Source: the human T2T-CHM13v2.0 reference genome, Homo sapiens. From it: 64,000 nucleotides of DNA. The position numbers and the translations under genes were made by a program. Below the pieces are notes generated by a model that saw only the letters and a list, made by a program, of their open reading frames with translations, was not told the DNA's origin and searched no databases. Positions 49,021 through 64,000 of the stretch are shown one piece after another. Numbering within the stretch: position 1 is the stretch's first letter; every line of letters starts with the position of its first letter. The stretch covers positions 7,040,001 to 7,104,000 of the forward strand of contig CP086569.2 of NCBI GenBank assembly GCA_009914755.4. Direction: 5' to 3'.

Positions 49021-49218
49021 TAACACGGGTCATTTGTCCCCTAAGTAACATGTCTGGAGATATTTTGGTTGTCACAGCTGGGAATAGGTGCTATTGGCAT
49101 TGGGTGGGTGGAGCCCAGGGACGCTGCTCAATACCCTACAGTGCACAGGACACCCCACCACAGACAGTCGTTCAGCCCTGAATTACCCAAAATGCTCAGA
49201 TTAAGAAACCCTGTACTA

Positions 49219-49510
49219 GGCCAGGTACAGTGGCTCACACCTGTAATCCCAGCACTTCAGGAAACTGAGTCAGGAGAATCACTTACTATCAGGAGTTCGA
49301 GATCACCCTGGCCAACATGGCGAAATCCCATGTGTACTAAAAATACAAAAATTAGCCAAATGTGGTGGTAGGTGCCTGTTGTCCCAGCTACTTGGGAGTC
49401 TGATGCAGGAGAATCACTTGAACCCAGGAGGTGGAGGTTGCAGTGAGCCTAGAACATGCCACTGCACTCCAGCCAGACTCCATCTCGAAAAACAAAAAAA
49501 ACAACAACCA
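49219..49510 (+). mobile_element. Alu, plus orientation
   Basis: ggccaggtacagtggctcacacctgtaatcccagcacttcaggaaactgag...gcagtgagcctagaacatgccactgcactccagccagactccatctcgaaaaacaaaaaaaacaacaacc. Confidence 0.85.
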
Positions 49511-49824
49511 CTCCCCAACCTGAAAAAAAAACCCCACAAAATCAGTGCAGATGCACACACACACAAGCACACACATCCATCTAAAACATTCAGTAATTAA
49601 GTTGCTTGGGGCAAAATGACATCATTTATGAAACACTTGCAACCCATTTATCTGAGAAAGCCTATTTTGACTTAGAAATCCTCTTTGAAAAATTTGTCCA
49701 GTCTTATTGAGGTATGATTGCAAAATTAAAACTCTATAAAGTTGTACAATATGATGTTATTTTGCCATAGGTGTGCATTATGGGAAGATGATCTCAATCA
49801 ACATATCCATTACCCCACAGTTAC

Positions 49825-50125
<301 letters not shown>

Positions 50126-50865
50126 TAATTTTTTTTCTTTCTGTGTGGTGAGAACATTTGCAATCTACTCTTTCACAAATTTCAAATATGCAATACAATA
50201 TTGTTAACTATAGTCACCATGCTGTATATTAGGTGTCCAAAACTTATTCAACTTATATCTGCACGTTTGTACCTTTTGACGAACATCATCCCAGTTTTCC
50301 TAGCCCCCAACCCCTGGGAATCATTGTTCTGTTCCCTGTTTCTCTGGATATCTGCATGAGAAAAAATAAAATTGGACTCCTGCCTTACTTCATACAAAAA
50401 AAAGAAAACCAACTCAAAATGAACGTAAGACTTAAAGGTAAAACCTAAAGGAATAAAAATCCTAGAAGAAAACGTAGAGGATAAATGCCTTGACATAGAT
50501 TGGCAAGGATTGTTTGAATATCATGCCAACAGCATGGACAATAAAAGCAAAAATAAATAAGTGAACTACATCAAACTAAAAAGCTTCTGCACAGCCCAGA
50601 AAAGAGTCAACAAAATGAAAAGGTAGATTGAGGATTGGGAGAAAATATTTGCAAACCACATATCAGATAAAGGGTTCATATCTAAAACATATAAGGAACT
50701 CATACAACTCAATAGGCAAAAATGAACAAATGAAAAACTCAAACAACCAGTTAAAAATGGGCAAAATACTTAAATAGATATTTTACCAAAGAAGACATAA
50801 AAATGTGGCCGAGAGATGTACAAAAAGGTGCCCAACATCACTAATTGTAATGGAAATGCAAATCA

Positions 50866-51195
<330 letters not shown>

Positions 51196-51753
51196 CCACC
51201 ATGGGATAGTGTTAGGATCCTAACCACCTGTTAGGATGGCTAGTATCAAACAGTGAAGAGAAATTCTCTTACATGTAAGAAGGAAAAAGTGATCTGTGTT
51301 TGTCTTGCAGATGGAGTGAGGTGTGTCCTCAACAAATAGGAAGGTGTTTGTTTTCTTGTCTCTGTAGGAATGCATTTATGCTAACATCCAGTTATACAAG
51401 TAGAAAAACTAAATGTACCTGTTGTCATGACGATTGATTGAGTGGATTAAATTTAGAACTGAAATACGTCTCACTATAAATGACAAACAACTACAAAACA
51501 CTGGGTAACTGAATTTTTGTTATGAGTTTTTTTTTTTCTGTTTTCAATCAAGACATTTGCTTAGGCTGTTTTCCCTATGAGGTAGCTTTTTATAAAGGAC
51601 AGAAAGTAGCAGATATATAGGATAAAAAAGTCCAAAGATCTAATGCATAACCTGAGGACTATAGTTAATAATATTGTGTTGTATTCACAATTTGCCATTG
51701 CACAATTATGGAACCAGCCCAAATGTTCATCAATCAATGAAGTGGATAAATGA

Positions 51754-51951
<198 letters not shown>

Positions 51952-52510
51952 TGAATTAATGTGATTCTCAGCAACCTGGGTGGGATTGGAGACCATTATT
52001 CTAAATGAAGTAACTCAGGAATGGAAAATCAAACATTGTATATTCTCACTCATAAGTGGGAGATAAGCTATGAGGATACAAAGGTGTAAGAATGACACAA
52101 AGGACTTCGGGAACTCAGAGGGAAAGGGTGGGAAGGGGTGAGGGATAAAAGGCTACAAATTCAGTTCAGTGTATACTGTTTAGGTGACGGATGCACCAAA
52201 ATTTTACAAATCAACACTGAAGAAGTTACTCATGTAACTAAATACCACCTATTCCCCAATAACCTATGGAAATACAAACTAAAACAAATTTTAAAAAAGC
52301 AAAATGATATAGTGTGTTGTATACAAGATTTTTGCTAAATAAGTAGATCATAGCTGCTCTGGCTACAGAGGAGAAAAAAGATTTGTAACTATGTGAGATG
52401 GTATATATGTTAATTTTTCACTATAGTAACTATTTTACTATATATGTATCTCATAAAGTCCTGCTGCACATCTTAAATGTACACAATAAAATCTATTTAA
52501 AAAGTTACAG

Positions 52511-52828
52511 GGCTGGGCATGGTGTCTCATCCCTGTAATCCCAGCACCTTGGGAGGACGAGGTGGATCACTTGACCTCAGGAGTTGCAAATCACCTTGGG
52601 CATTATAGCAAGACGCTATCTCTACAGAAACTAATAAGAAAAAAATTAGCCAGGTGTGGAGGTGCATGTCTGTAGTCCCAGCTACTTGGGAGGCTGAAGT
52701 GGGAGGGTCACCCGAGCCCAGGAGTTCAAGGCTGCAATGAGCTGTGATTGTGCTACTTCACTCCAGCCTGGGAGACAGAGGGAGACCCTGTCTCTAAAGT
52801 ACACAAATAAACAAATAAAATAAAAATT
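52511..52828 (+). mobile_element. Alu, plus orientation
   Basis: ggctgggcatggtgtctcatccctgtaatcccagcaccttgggaggacgaggtggatcacttgacctcaggagtt...ctgcaatgagctgtgattgtgctacttcactccagcctgggagacagagggagaccctgtctc. Confidence 0.85.
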
Positions 52829-53715
52829 ACAAGTTAGACAACTAAACTGTCTTTTTCTTTCCCTCTTGGCTGGCCACCCATTTAAAATGCAGCACTTGAA
52901 GAAATAAATATGCATCTCTGGCCACTGTTTTTGGAAAGTTTTGTTTTCATTGAAATTTGGTTAATTTTATTTAAAGTAAAACAATGAAATCAAAGACATA
53001 AGAGAGTTTCAAACATGCTTATTTCTGCATTGCTGTTTTACAAAAACATATGATCGCAATTCCAGACACCTGCCTTGAAATCTTTATAGACATTTCTCGT
53101 TGTTATTGCTATTGTTTGGCTTCTCTTGAAATGTCTTTAAAAAACCCATTTATCCATCAGATAATCATAGGTGGGGAGATATGTGTATTTTTCTGTTTCC
53201 TTAACTTCAAATGCTGCCTGAAAATGATGACTGTTTGGCAAGCCTAAGTTCCAACATTCCATTTCCCGGCATTATGTAACACAAAATCAGGTTTCATAAC
53301 GTTTTCTTAGATCTGTTTCCCTCTGTTTTGTAAGATTTCAAGAGTCCTATAATTTATTATGTGGCTGGTGGAAGAAAAATATGCACAGAATAGATTGGTG
53401 TGTATAACCTAAACATTTAGTGCTGTCTCGACAACAATTAAATCTACAGAGATGCTTTGGGGAAGTAGGCAGAATGTCCTACTACTGGGAATTTTATAAG
53501 ATGAGAGCCTCCCAGTTTCTTTTAATTGCACTGAGTGGGTGAATCCATCAGGAAAAGAAAGAAAGAAAGAAAGAAACATGAAAAAGAGCCCAGATCAAAA
53601 GCAATGCTGTTTTTTCCATCCTCATTAAATCAAAGCATGTGGTGACAACAGATTGTCTGAAGTCAGCGGGCACCCAACCAGGAGGCTGGTATGTTTTCCT
53701 GGTAAAACACAACCA

Positions 53716-54318
53716 GAAGATAATGGCTTCTAGCTTCATCCATGTTCCTGCAAAGGACATGATCTCATTATTTTTATAGCTGCATAATATTTCATGGTGC
53801 ATATAGACCACATTTTCTTTATCCAGTCTATCATTGATGGGCATTTGGGTTGATTCCATGTCTTTGCTATGGTGCATAGTGCTGCAATGAACATATGCAT
53901 GCATGCATCTTTATAATAGAATAATTTATATTCCTTTGGGTATATACCCAGTAATAGATATTACTGAGATTGCTGGATTAAATGGTATTTCTGGTTCTAG
54001 ATCCTTGAGGAATTGCCACACTGTCTTCCACAATGGTTGAACTAATTTACATTCCCACCAACAGTGTAAAAGCATTCCTGTTTCTCCACAGCCTCATCAG
54101 CGTCTGTTGTTTCTTGACCCTGGGGGAGGGAAACAAACACACTGGGGTCTGTGGTGGGTAGGGAATAAGAGCCTCAGGAAAAATAGCTAATGTATGCTGG
54201 GCTTAATACCTAGGTGATGGGTTGATAGGTGCGGGAAACCTCCATTGCACACGTCTACCTATGTAACAAAGTTGCACATCCTGCACATGTATCCCAGAAC
54301 TTAAAATAAAATAAAATT
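53716..54318 (+). mobile_element. L1 3' fragment with 5' inversion (twin-priming structure). 53716-54120 is the inverted (minus) ORF2-end segment; 54121-54318 is the plus-oriented 3'UTR with an A-rich tail
   Basis: 53716-54120 is the reverse complement of the L1 ORF2 end (ataatggcttctagcttcatccatgttcctgcaaaggacatgatctc...gggtatatacccagtaat...cacaatggttgaactaatttacattcccaccaacagtgtaaaagcattcc...). 54121-54318 is L1 3'UTR in + sense (gggagggaaacaaacacactggggtctgtggtgggtagggaataagagcctcaggaaaaatagctaatgtatgctgggcttaatacctaggtgatgggttgataggtgc...gcacatgtatcccagaacttaaaataaaataaaatt). Confidence 0.75.
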
Positions 54319-54552
54319 AGAAACATCTAGGACATTTTCAGGAGATGAATGGCGAAGAAACTTTATGGATAATGACAAGAAAGTTTCAGGGCTAAGTACA
54401 AAACACACATGAATTATACCCTGGACTTTGTTTCTGTATTGGTACTTCACCACTGTCATGGATGGTATATGCTGGCATGCTTGAAATTTAGTCTTTGAAT
54501 AAATGTTTTTATTAGTGCTGAGAAAACACAACTGGTGCTTCTTTTCCAATAA

Positions 54553-54847
<295 letters not shown>

Positions 54848-54894
54848 ATGACCTTTTTTTTTTTTTTTTTTTTAAAGAAATGGAGTTCTGTTAT

Positions 54895-55236
54895 ATGCTT
54901 CTATGTGGATGAGCCTTGAAGAGGCTATGCTCAGTGAAAGAAGCCAGACACAAAAGGCCACACAGTGTAGGATTCCACTTACAGGAACTTTTCAGAGGAG
55001 GCAAGCCTATAAAGCCAGCAGGCAGATTGGTGTCTTCCAGGGGCTGGGAGGGGGGAGAAGAGGGAGTGGCTACTTGGTGGGTCCAAGGTTGTTTTTAGAG
55101 TGATAAAAGTGTCTTGGAACCAGATAGCAGTGGCAGTTGCACAACCCTGTGAAGACACTAAATGTCACTGAAGAGTTCACTTTAAAATGGTCATTTTTAC
55201 ATTAGGGGCATTTCAATTTGATTGAAAAACAAATCT
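54895..55236 (+). mobile_element. old L1 (L1M-type) extreme 3' end
   Basis: translation [52 protein letters not shown]... resembles the L1M ORF2 C-terminus and 3'UTR (MWMNLEDIMLSEISQ...KDKYCMIPL...). Confidence 0.65.
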
Positions 55237-55237
55237 G

Positions 55238-55540
<303 letters not shown>

Positions 55541-55615
55541 TGGGGAATTCAGGCACAGATGGGGTTTAGATACTCGTAGAGGGGGACATGATAGGAAATA
55601 TGATTCTGGGAAGGA

Positions 55616-55946
55616 ATTCCTTCCTTCCTTCCTTCCTTCCTTCCTTCCTTCCTTCCTTCCTTCCTTATTTCCTTCCTTCCTTCCTTCCTTCCTTATTTCC
55701 TTCCTTCCTTCCTCCCACCTTTCCTCCCTCCCTCCTTTCTTTCTCTTTCCTTCCTTCCTTCCTTCCTTCCTTCCTTCCTTCCTTATTTCCTTCCTTCCTT
55801 CCTCCCACCTTTCCTCCCTCCCTCCTTTCTTTCTCTTTCCTTCCTTCCTTCCTTCCTTCCTTCCTTCCTTCCTTCCTTCCTTCCTCCCTCCCTCCCACCT
55901 CCCTCCCTCCTTCCTTTCTCTCTCTCTCTCTTTCTTTCTCTTTCCC
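55616..55946 (+). repeat. (TTCC)n tetranucleotide microsatellite of ~330 bp, with CCCT/CTCT variants at the 3' side
   Basis: direct reading. ORFs 55406-55966(-), 55588-55950(+) and 55665-55898(-) are translations of this array. Confidence 0.95.
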
Positions 55947-56852
55947 CTAGGGTCACACACTTCCAACTAATTTAATTTTGGAGGGTCTCAAGTTATATCA
56001 GAAAAAGGCATGTTTATCCTTTAAAGAAGGCAACAAGAGTTTCTCTCTCTGTCTGACTTTATGCCTCCACAATTTCACCAAGACAGAGATTTTTATTGGG
56101 TGAGCACATATACTTAAAAGAATTACTTGAGACAAAAATGAAGAACTTCATGGAGAGTTGAGGGTCTTGGAGCAGAGTGACTCTTGGTGAACTCCACCTT
56201 TCCCATCTTCCAAAAAAACCCAAAAAACAATTCACTCTGATATCTATTAATACCTCTGAATTGATCATCTACAGTAATCAAAGCATTCAGGCCATAAAAG
56301 CTGGTGTCCATGTTAGGGGTTCTGCATTGTAAACTGCAGTACACATTGAGAAAATATCATCATCTCTAAACATTTGTTTCTCCGGGCTGATGAAAGAGTG
56401 AAGATGTCTGAAGAATAAAAAGGATGACTGTGTGGAAACATGCCCTGCCAACTTGATAAATTCACCAATGATCACAATTGAGTGTCTCATGTAATGAAGG
56501 TTGGCTAATTAAAGAATACCAATGTGCCCTACAGGCATGCTTTGGATTAGCATCCACTTCTGTAAGCCAGGTTGTTTGAGAACAGATGAGTTAACTCTGC
56601 AGCCAGAAGATTAATGTGGGATTTTGCTCAGGGTTATTTCACTGAGACACAGAAGATGGCAACAAGATCTACGCAATCTTGCCATAAGGTCAGCACGTGG
56701 ATGTGTCTCAGCAAATCCTTTAGAAGAATGCAGAACTATCTGACCAGGTTTCTGGAAACATCCAGCTCCTCGTCCTGCCTGTAGAATCCTGTGCCTTGCA
56801 AGGCTGTTAGCAAGGAAGCACTCCCTCTCCTTGAGCTAATGATGGCTCTTAA

Positions 56853-56938
56853 GGAAGGGAGGGAGGGGAGAAGGGAGGGAGGGAGGGGAGAAGGGAGGGA
56901 GGGAGGGGAGAAGGGAGGGAGGGAGGGAGGGAAGGAGG
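56853..56938 (+). repeat. GGGA-rich tandem repeat (about four copies of gggagggaggggagaag)
   Basis: direct reading. Confidence 0.9.
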
Positions 56939-57390
56939 AATCTTTCTATGCACATGAAGATATATCATTTCTAAGGTACCTAGCCTCTAAGGCCATCAAT
57001 ATCACTGCTTTCCAAAAACAAATAATAACATCACTATCCAACTTATAAAAGTCCTATTCAGTATAAGTCTGAGAACTTTCTGGAACACATTGAGTTGAAA
57101 AGCCAAACATAATGCAAATAAATTGACCACAAGCTCTTGCTTAAAACTGTAGTCCTCCTTTAAATGTCAGTGTTGCTGATCTTCCTTCTGGCTGTTGTGC
57201 TAGTTTTTTCAATTAGCAAACCTGCTACTTATTATTTTTACTACTGTTGTTTTTTAGGAGGGAAGAATTTAGGAAGAAATGCTGGATTTTTTTCACATAG
57301 GGTACACAAAAGCTTATTTCACTAAAATTTCAAAGTGTACGTTTCATACCTATATTTATATGTATATTTAAGTTTGATATAAAAACATGA

Positions 57391-57703
<313 letters not shown>

Positions 57704-57716
57704 TTTTGTAAAAAAA

Positions 57717-58145
<429 letters not shown>

Positions 58146-58781
58146 AGGACACAGACATTCAGACCATGACACTAAGGCTGCCATAAGAAAGTGTCACCAA
58201 CAAAGTGCCGAATCACAGACTTCTGTGGCCACAAATAACATGGGAAAGGGTCTTCTGCTCCTTGTGGGTCCTTCTCCTGCCATCCTCACCCTGGTGCACA
58301 GACAGTCCTATGGCCAACCTCTGCTCATTCTCTCCCTTGTCTGTTTCCATGGGATCCTTCTGGGACAATGACGAAAGGTGAAGCTTCAGTTGTTCATAGA
58401 CTTCCCATATCTCATTTACATCCCTGGTCAATAGTAAGACACAGCATCTGTCAGGACCAACCAAGGAGGCAGAGGTCAACATGGTGGACAAACAACCTGA
58501 CTGATGAGAACAGTGTAACCCCACAGGGGATGATTTAAAGCCTCGCCACCCCAAGACAGTGTTGGCCACTTCATTGGGTACAGTGGGGTCTACATGACCT
58601 ACCACACAGAATCCTAAATCCCTGCACTGGACATGAATCCTGCTGCTGGCCACTAGGTACTGAATTTTTAGGGTGAGTGTTTGGAGATGGCTAGAATGAT
58701 GGGGAAATCCAGTGAAGATGCCTGTCTATGTCTTGGTATACACAAAAATATTACTGCTATGGAGAATTTCTAGTTCATTGT

Positions 58782-59066
58782 TTTTTGAGACAGGGTCTCA
58801 TTCTGTTGCTTAGGCTGGAGTGCAGTAGTGCAATCACGGCTCACTGCACCTTAACCTCCTGGGCTCAAGGGATCCTCCCACCTCAGCCTCCTGAATAGTT
58901 GGGAACACAGGCATGTACTACCACATGCCTGAGTAATTTTTAAATTTTTATTGTAGAGATGAGTTCTCATTGTGTTGCCCAGGCTGGTCTCAAACACCTG
59001 GGCTTGAAGAATCCTCCAATCTTGGACTCCTGAAGTGCTGGGATTACAGGACTGAGGCAATCAGCC
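58782..59066 (-). mobile_element. Alu, minus orientation
   Basis: ttttttgagacagggtctcattctgttgcttaggctggagtgcagtagtgcaatcacggctcactgcacc...ctgggattacaggactgaggcaatcagcc. Confidence 0.8.
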
Positions 59067-59797
59067 TCACTAATTTTTTTTTAAATCTTAAGGGAGGAGA
59101 TGCCGTAATCACTTCTAATTCCAACCCCCTGGGGTGAGCCAGTCCCCATAATCTTGGACTTGGAGATGAGATCTGCTCCAGTGCCATAGATAATCCCTGA
59201 GCTATTTGCAATTATAAGGTTGAGAAGAAACTTGGAGCTCTGAATACCATAAAAATAGTAGCTGCAAATCAGAAACAGGTTCTCATTCGTGCCTGACCAC
59301 ATGGAGATGCAATTTGTAGGTTTCATCATGGACCCAAGACCTAGGATTCTACCTTTTCACAGACTGGGAAGACTCCATTGCTACATCTGTGTCCAGATAT
59401 AATGAACACAAAAGTCACTTCCCAGCTGGACATGAATGTCCCAGTGCTGAATTCCTCCCCGGCAGTGATCTTGTAACCTCACTCAAATAGCTTAAAAAAG
59501 AGACAGCTGTCATGTCTTCACCCTGGTCCTTCTTATCACCACAACATCTATATTATCTCTGAAATCTTACATTTCACTGCAGTCAGCATCTGACCATAAT
59601 ACTTTAGCTTTAGCCCTCTCTCCCCAAGACCCTCATAATCCTTCCCCATCTCTTTGATCTTAGTCTACTATCTCCACCTGACTTTCTTCTTTTCTTTGAT
59701 GCCTCAGGCCAGTACCAACCCTTAGGCTACAAGCCTGAAACAACTCTGCAAAAGACATTGTCTTGAGGCTACCTCTGGGCTCTGATCAATTACTTGC

Positions 59798-60160
59798 TGA
59801 TTGGTATGATTTGGTTGTGTCCCCACCCAAATCTTGAATTGTAGCTCCCATAATTCCCATGAGTTCTGGGAGAGACCTATTGGGAGGTAATTGAATCATG
59901 GGGGCAGGGCTTTCTCATGCTGTTCTAGTGATAGTGAATAAGTCTCAGGAGATCCAATGGTTTTATAAAGGGGAGTTTTCTTGCACACTCTTTCCTGTCT
60001 GCTGCCATGTAAGATGTACCTTTACTCCTCATTCACCTTCTGCCATAATCATGAGGCCTCCCCAGCCATGTCAAACTGTGAGTCCATTAAAACTCTTTCC
60101 TTTATAAATTATCCAACCTTGGGTAAGTCTTTATTGGCAGCATGAGAACAGATTAATACC
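59798..60160 (+). mobile_element. MaLR solo LTR (THE1/MST-type)
   Basis: tgattggtatgatttggttgtgtccccacccaaatcttgaattgtagctcccataattcccatgagttctgggagagacc...ggaggtaattgaatcatgggggcagggc...ctgtgagtccattaaaactctttcctttataaattatccaaccttgggtaagtctttattggcagcatgagaacagattaatac. Confidence 0.85.
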
Positions 60161-60816
60161 CTCATCACTGGTGGTGCCTCACCCTGCCAGGTCTGTAAGC
60201 TGCCTGGGAACTGTGTCTGCACCCATGAATAGTTCTTGCCCACATGTCAGATTCAGGAGTTGCAAACCCTTGCAAGTCATTTTTGCCTCCTCTCTGCCCC
60301 GCGATTTTCTTCCCCCAAACAACTTACTCTCTAGGTCTTAAAGGAAATTTCAGCCTTCCACGATTATCTCACACATGAATTCCTATCTTACACCCCTATG
60401 ACACATCTCCCTTGAGGTTTTCTTCTGACTGGTACTTCCTTGTAGTTCAATCCCTACAGAATTCCTTGGGTAATTACAAAATTACAAACGTAAGTGTGCC
60501 ATGCTCTTAAATAAAATTCTTTCTAATCACATCCCATCATTTAGAGCAGGAACTGGCACACTTTTCTATTTTTGTTTTTTAACTGGCCAAATGTCTTTGG
60601 CTTAGTGGGGCATCCGGTCTCCATGGCATCTACTCAACTCCACCACTGGGTTGAAAATACACCCACAGAAAATATGTAAATGAATGTTTTATTGGCTGTG
60701 TGCCAATAAAACATTTTTTACAAAAACAGATGATGGGTCGAGTTTGGCCAGTGGACCCTAGTTTGTCAAGCTCTGATTTAGAGGATAAAAAACAAATTTT
60801 AAAACACGGTGCAAGG

Positions 60817-61170
<354 letters not shown>

Positions 61171-61280
61171 TCACTTCTAGTGCCTGAATTCCTTCTCTCT
61201 CCATCAGCATATGCCAAGCAGCTGCTAGTGACTTGTGAATACCATTTCAGCATGAAACATGCTTTGTCAAGAACAGGCAC

Positions 61281-61657
61281 TGTGATGGGCTGAACTGTAT
61301 CCTCCTCAAATCCATATGTTGAAATCCTAACATGTAGGATCTCAGAATGTGACTATATTTGGAGATGGGGTCTTTAAAGAGGTGACAAAGGTAAAACAAG
61401 GTCAGTAGAATGGCCCTTGATCCAATAGGACTGGAGTCCTTATAAGAACAGGAGATGAGGACACAGACATCATCTGTGCATGAGGACACAGGTAAAAGAC
61501 CACGTCTACAAGCCAGTAAGAGAGGCCTCAGGAGGAGCGAGCCCTGCCCACACCTGGATCTCAGACTTCCAGCCTCCAGGACTGTGGGAGGATAAATGTC
61601 TGTTGTTTAAGCCACCCAGTCTGTGGACCTTTGTTATGGTGGCCCAAGCATAATGCA
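61281..61657 (+). mobile_element. MaLR solo LTR (MLT1/MST-type)
   Basis: tgtgatgggctgaactgtatcctcctcaaatccatatgttgaaatcctaacatgtaggatctcagaatgtgactatatttggagatggggtctttaaagaggtgacaaaggtaaaacaaggtcagtagaatggcccttgatccaataggactggagtccttataagaacagg...cagcctccaggactgtgggaggataaatgtctgttgtttaagccacccagtctgtggacctttgttatggtggcccaagcataatg. Confidence 0.65.
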
Positions 61658-62762
61658 GGCACCTTGTCCGTACCCCAGACATTATTCTGCTTTCTGCTTT
61701 CTTTACTTATTTGGTGATGGAGCTATCCTTAAAATACCTTGTGGACTCAGTGCTGTTGGGTTAGAAAAGGACAATGTCTCAGAGATTGAAAGCAGTATGT
61801 CCCGCATTACAGCTCAAATGAGGACCAGAAGTTAACTCTGCTTGGAAATCTCAGTCCCCGCCCCCACCCCTCTTTCCTCTGCACTTGGGAATCTGGCTTA
61901 TGAGAATGGGATGGCTCTGATTTTTCCATTCTGCCTTACCCCAGTAGCTGCTACAATGGACGTATTATTCTTGGTGCAATAGTGTTCACTACTTTTTATA
62001 GTCAATGCTGTTTCTAGCCTGGCTGAGGGGAGTGGAAAGTAGAGGCAGTGGTTCCAGGGTTTCAGATGGTTCCCAAGCTCCAGCTATTAAATAAAAATAC
62101 AGTGTTTTCTCCTTTTCTGAGAGCAGTCCAAACTGACTTTATGTTTTCATCAAGTTCTGTCCATTTCTATTCTATCTCTGCTTCCTTCGCAACTTGTAAA
62201 ACATTTGCTGAGCATTGTGACTTTTAAAGATACTTTATGAGCCTTTCACAGACTTAGTGTATGGACATTCTTCATGAGCCAATGTACACATTCTCCAAAG
62301 GGTAGAGACACTTGGCTGCACCTGGTTGTTGCCACACCTGAGATGTGTTTGTGTTGGCTGAGATACATAGACATTACCAGGAAACAACTCCAAGTCTGTG
62401 CTGGTAAAATAGCTCCATCTTTAAAGTTCACTTCCGCATAGTTTGAAGTTGAATAGCTTAAGAAGCCTTGCCCATTCTTGTTGCCTATGAGAGAGGAGAG
62501 AGACATTCAGTGTGTGCACTGGAATATTGTCATGTGATTGCAAAAACCAAATAATGAAGAATAGAATGTAGTTAGATGCAAAGAGGTGGTTTGATTTGCT
62601 TTGAGTTATACCCCTCTTGTTTCTAGTGTTTTTCTTCCTGGAACTTCATTGTGTCAATGTCTGTAGTTGTGTCTAACTTTATTTAGCTCTTGAATGTGAA
62701 TGTTCTTATCCTCAAGTTACATGTACCTGAGATAAATAAAATGCAATGGAAGTTCTACTTAC

Positions 62763-62768
62763 AATTTT

Positions 62769-62822
<54 letters not shown>

Positions 62823-63095
62823 GAGACGTAGTCTTGCTCTGTCACCCAGGCTGGAGTGCAGTGGTGCAATCTTGGCTCACAGCAACCTCCAATTCCTGGG
62901 TTCAAATGATTCTCTTTCCTCAGCCTCTTGAGTAGCTGGGATTACAGGTGTATGCCACCACACCCAACTAATTTTTGTATTTTTAGTAGAGAAGGGTTTT
63001 TGTCATGTTGGCCAGGCTGGTCTTGACCTCAGGTGACCCACCTGCCTTAGCCACTGAAAATGGTGAGATTACAGGCATGAGCCACTGCACCCAGC
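62763..63095 (-). mobile_element. (TTTA)n-tailed Alu, minus orientation
   Basis: (tttattta)n at 62766-62815, then gagacgtagtcttgctctgtcacccaggctggagtgcagtggtgcaatcttggctcacagcaacc...gagattacaggcatgagccactgcacccagc. Confidence 0.85.
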
Positions 63096-63732
63096 ATATC
63101 TATTACATTATTTTTCTTTCACCATTAGATACTGAATATTTGATAGCTGTGCCCTAAATAGGAATGGAAACAGATAAAGATTGGCTCACAAATCAGCATC
63201 TGAAATGGGTCCTTTTTGTTAAATGCTAAACTATAGATCTCACTAATTATTCAGCCATTCTTTGGATATTATTTTGCAAACTGAATTTGTAAAATTCTAC
63301 CTGTATTTACCTTAATTATTCATGTTCCGATAACTTAATGTGTTCCTTACCTTGAATTTTAGCCACATTCCAAGAGTTAACTTTACCCTTTCCACATATA
63401 CAAGGTTTCTCCACTTCTTATTCTCCTATGCTCAGCACATATTTACTGTGAAGCAAACCCTACCTGCTTAATTTTCTCTTTAAAGTGAAATGTCACTGGT
63501 TTATTCACCAAGTAGTCTTCTGAGGGCTAAAGAAAACTACTTCTTTCTTCTTTGTAATATTTATGTCCACAAGGCATTCTAAACATTGGCGTCAGTCTGC
63601 AACAGTGGTTCTTTCTCTGAACACTCAACATGTTTAAGCACTGTCATATGAACATGGTCACAAATATTATTACGCCATCAAATGGAGGACAATGTAATGC
63701 TTTAAGATTTAAATAGGCTTTAAAATCAGCAT

Positions 63733-64000
63733 GGCCAGGTGCAGTGGCTCACACTTGTAATCCCAGCACGTTGGAAGGTTGAGGTGGAAGGACCACATGA
63801 GCACAGGAGTTCTAGACCAGCCTGAGCAACATAATCAGACTTCATCTCTACTAAAATTTTTTGCAAAAATAAGCAGGGTGTGGTTTTGCACACTTGTTGT
63901 CCCAGCTCCTTGGGGGGCTCAGTGGGAGGATCACTTGAGCCCAGGAAGTCTATGCTGCAATGAGCTATGATTGCACCACTGCACTCCAGCCTGGGCAACA
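63733..64000 (+). mobile_element. Alu (plus), running to the window end
   Basis: ggccaggtgcagtggctcacacttgtaatcccagcacgttggaaggttgaggtggaaggaccacatgagcacaggagttctagaccagcctgagcaacataatcagac...ctatgattgcaccactgcactccagcctgggcaaca. Confidence 0.85.

Noticed and set aside
55616-55946. The long regular short-period repeats ((TTCC)n, (TTTA)n, GATA arrays) as possible CRISPR arrays
   Set aside because: They have no spacer-repeat alternation with unique spacers, the periods of 4-17 bp are far too short, and the context is eukaryotic.
58213-58653. 146-aa minus-strand ORF
   Set aside because: It lies in unique or MaLR-derived sequence with no recognisable domain, no splice or promoter context and a random-looking composition. 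It is most likely a chance ORF.

Overview
This window is repeat-dense primate (human-type) nuclear DNA, apparently intergenic or deep-intronic. I find no convincing host protein-coding exon, rRNA, tRNA or CRISPR array, and nothing resembling a novel multi-gene system. Almost every long ORF in the six-frame track is a translation of a transposable element or a simple repeat.

The main structures are:
- **ERV provirus (about 4649-13366, + strand).** A nearly complete class I (gamma-retrovirus-like) provirus in LTR-gag-pro-pol-env-LTR order. Its two LTRs are about 375 bp each and clearly diverged. It is flanked by a 4-bp CTTG target-site duplication. It carries a 200-codon open env transmembrane (TM) frame.
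- **L1 nested in the provirus.** A 5'-inverted (twin-priming-type) L1 3' fragment sits inside the provirus pol and has its own 10-bp target-site duplication.
- **Other L1 copies.** There is a near full-length L1PA element (40332-46133, +). There is a 3'-truncated L1 5' fragment (19363-21990). A second 5'-inverted L1 lies at 53716-54318. Several older L1 3'-end fragments are also present.
- **HERV9 LTR.** A truncated LTR12-type (HERV9) LTR at about 1640-2480 includes its ATTGG/CCAAT tandem repeats.
- **MaLR solo LTRs.** Five or more copies of THE1, MST and MLT1 types are present.
- **Alu elements.** About 35 copies. One is a young AluYb8-like insertion with a perfect 14-bp target-site duplication. 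Others are nested inside older Alu and L1 copies.
- **Simple and low-complexity repeats.** These include a 330-bp (TTCC)n array, a 350-bp CT-rich polypyrimidine tract, a GGGA-rich array, a GATA/GGAT-rich higher-order repeat, AT-rich palindromic tandem repeats, and ancient tandem duplications of an LTR-like ~355-bp unit.

Nothing here looks like an undescribed biological system. The most interesting items are the nested retroelement architectures, the open ERV env TM frame, candidate polymorphic insertions and repeats, and non-B-DNA-forming tracts.
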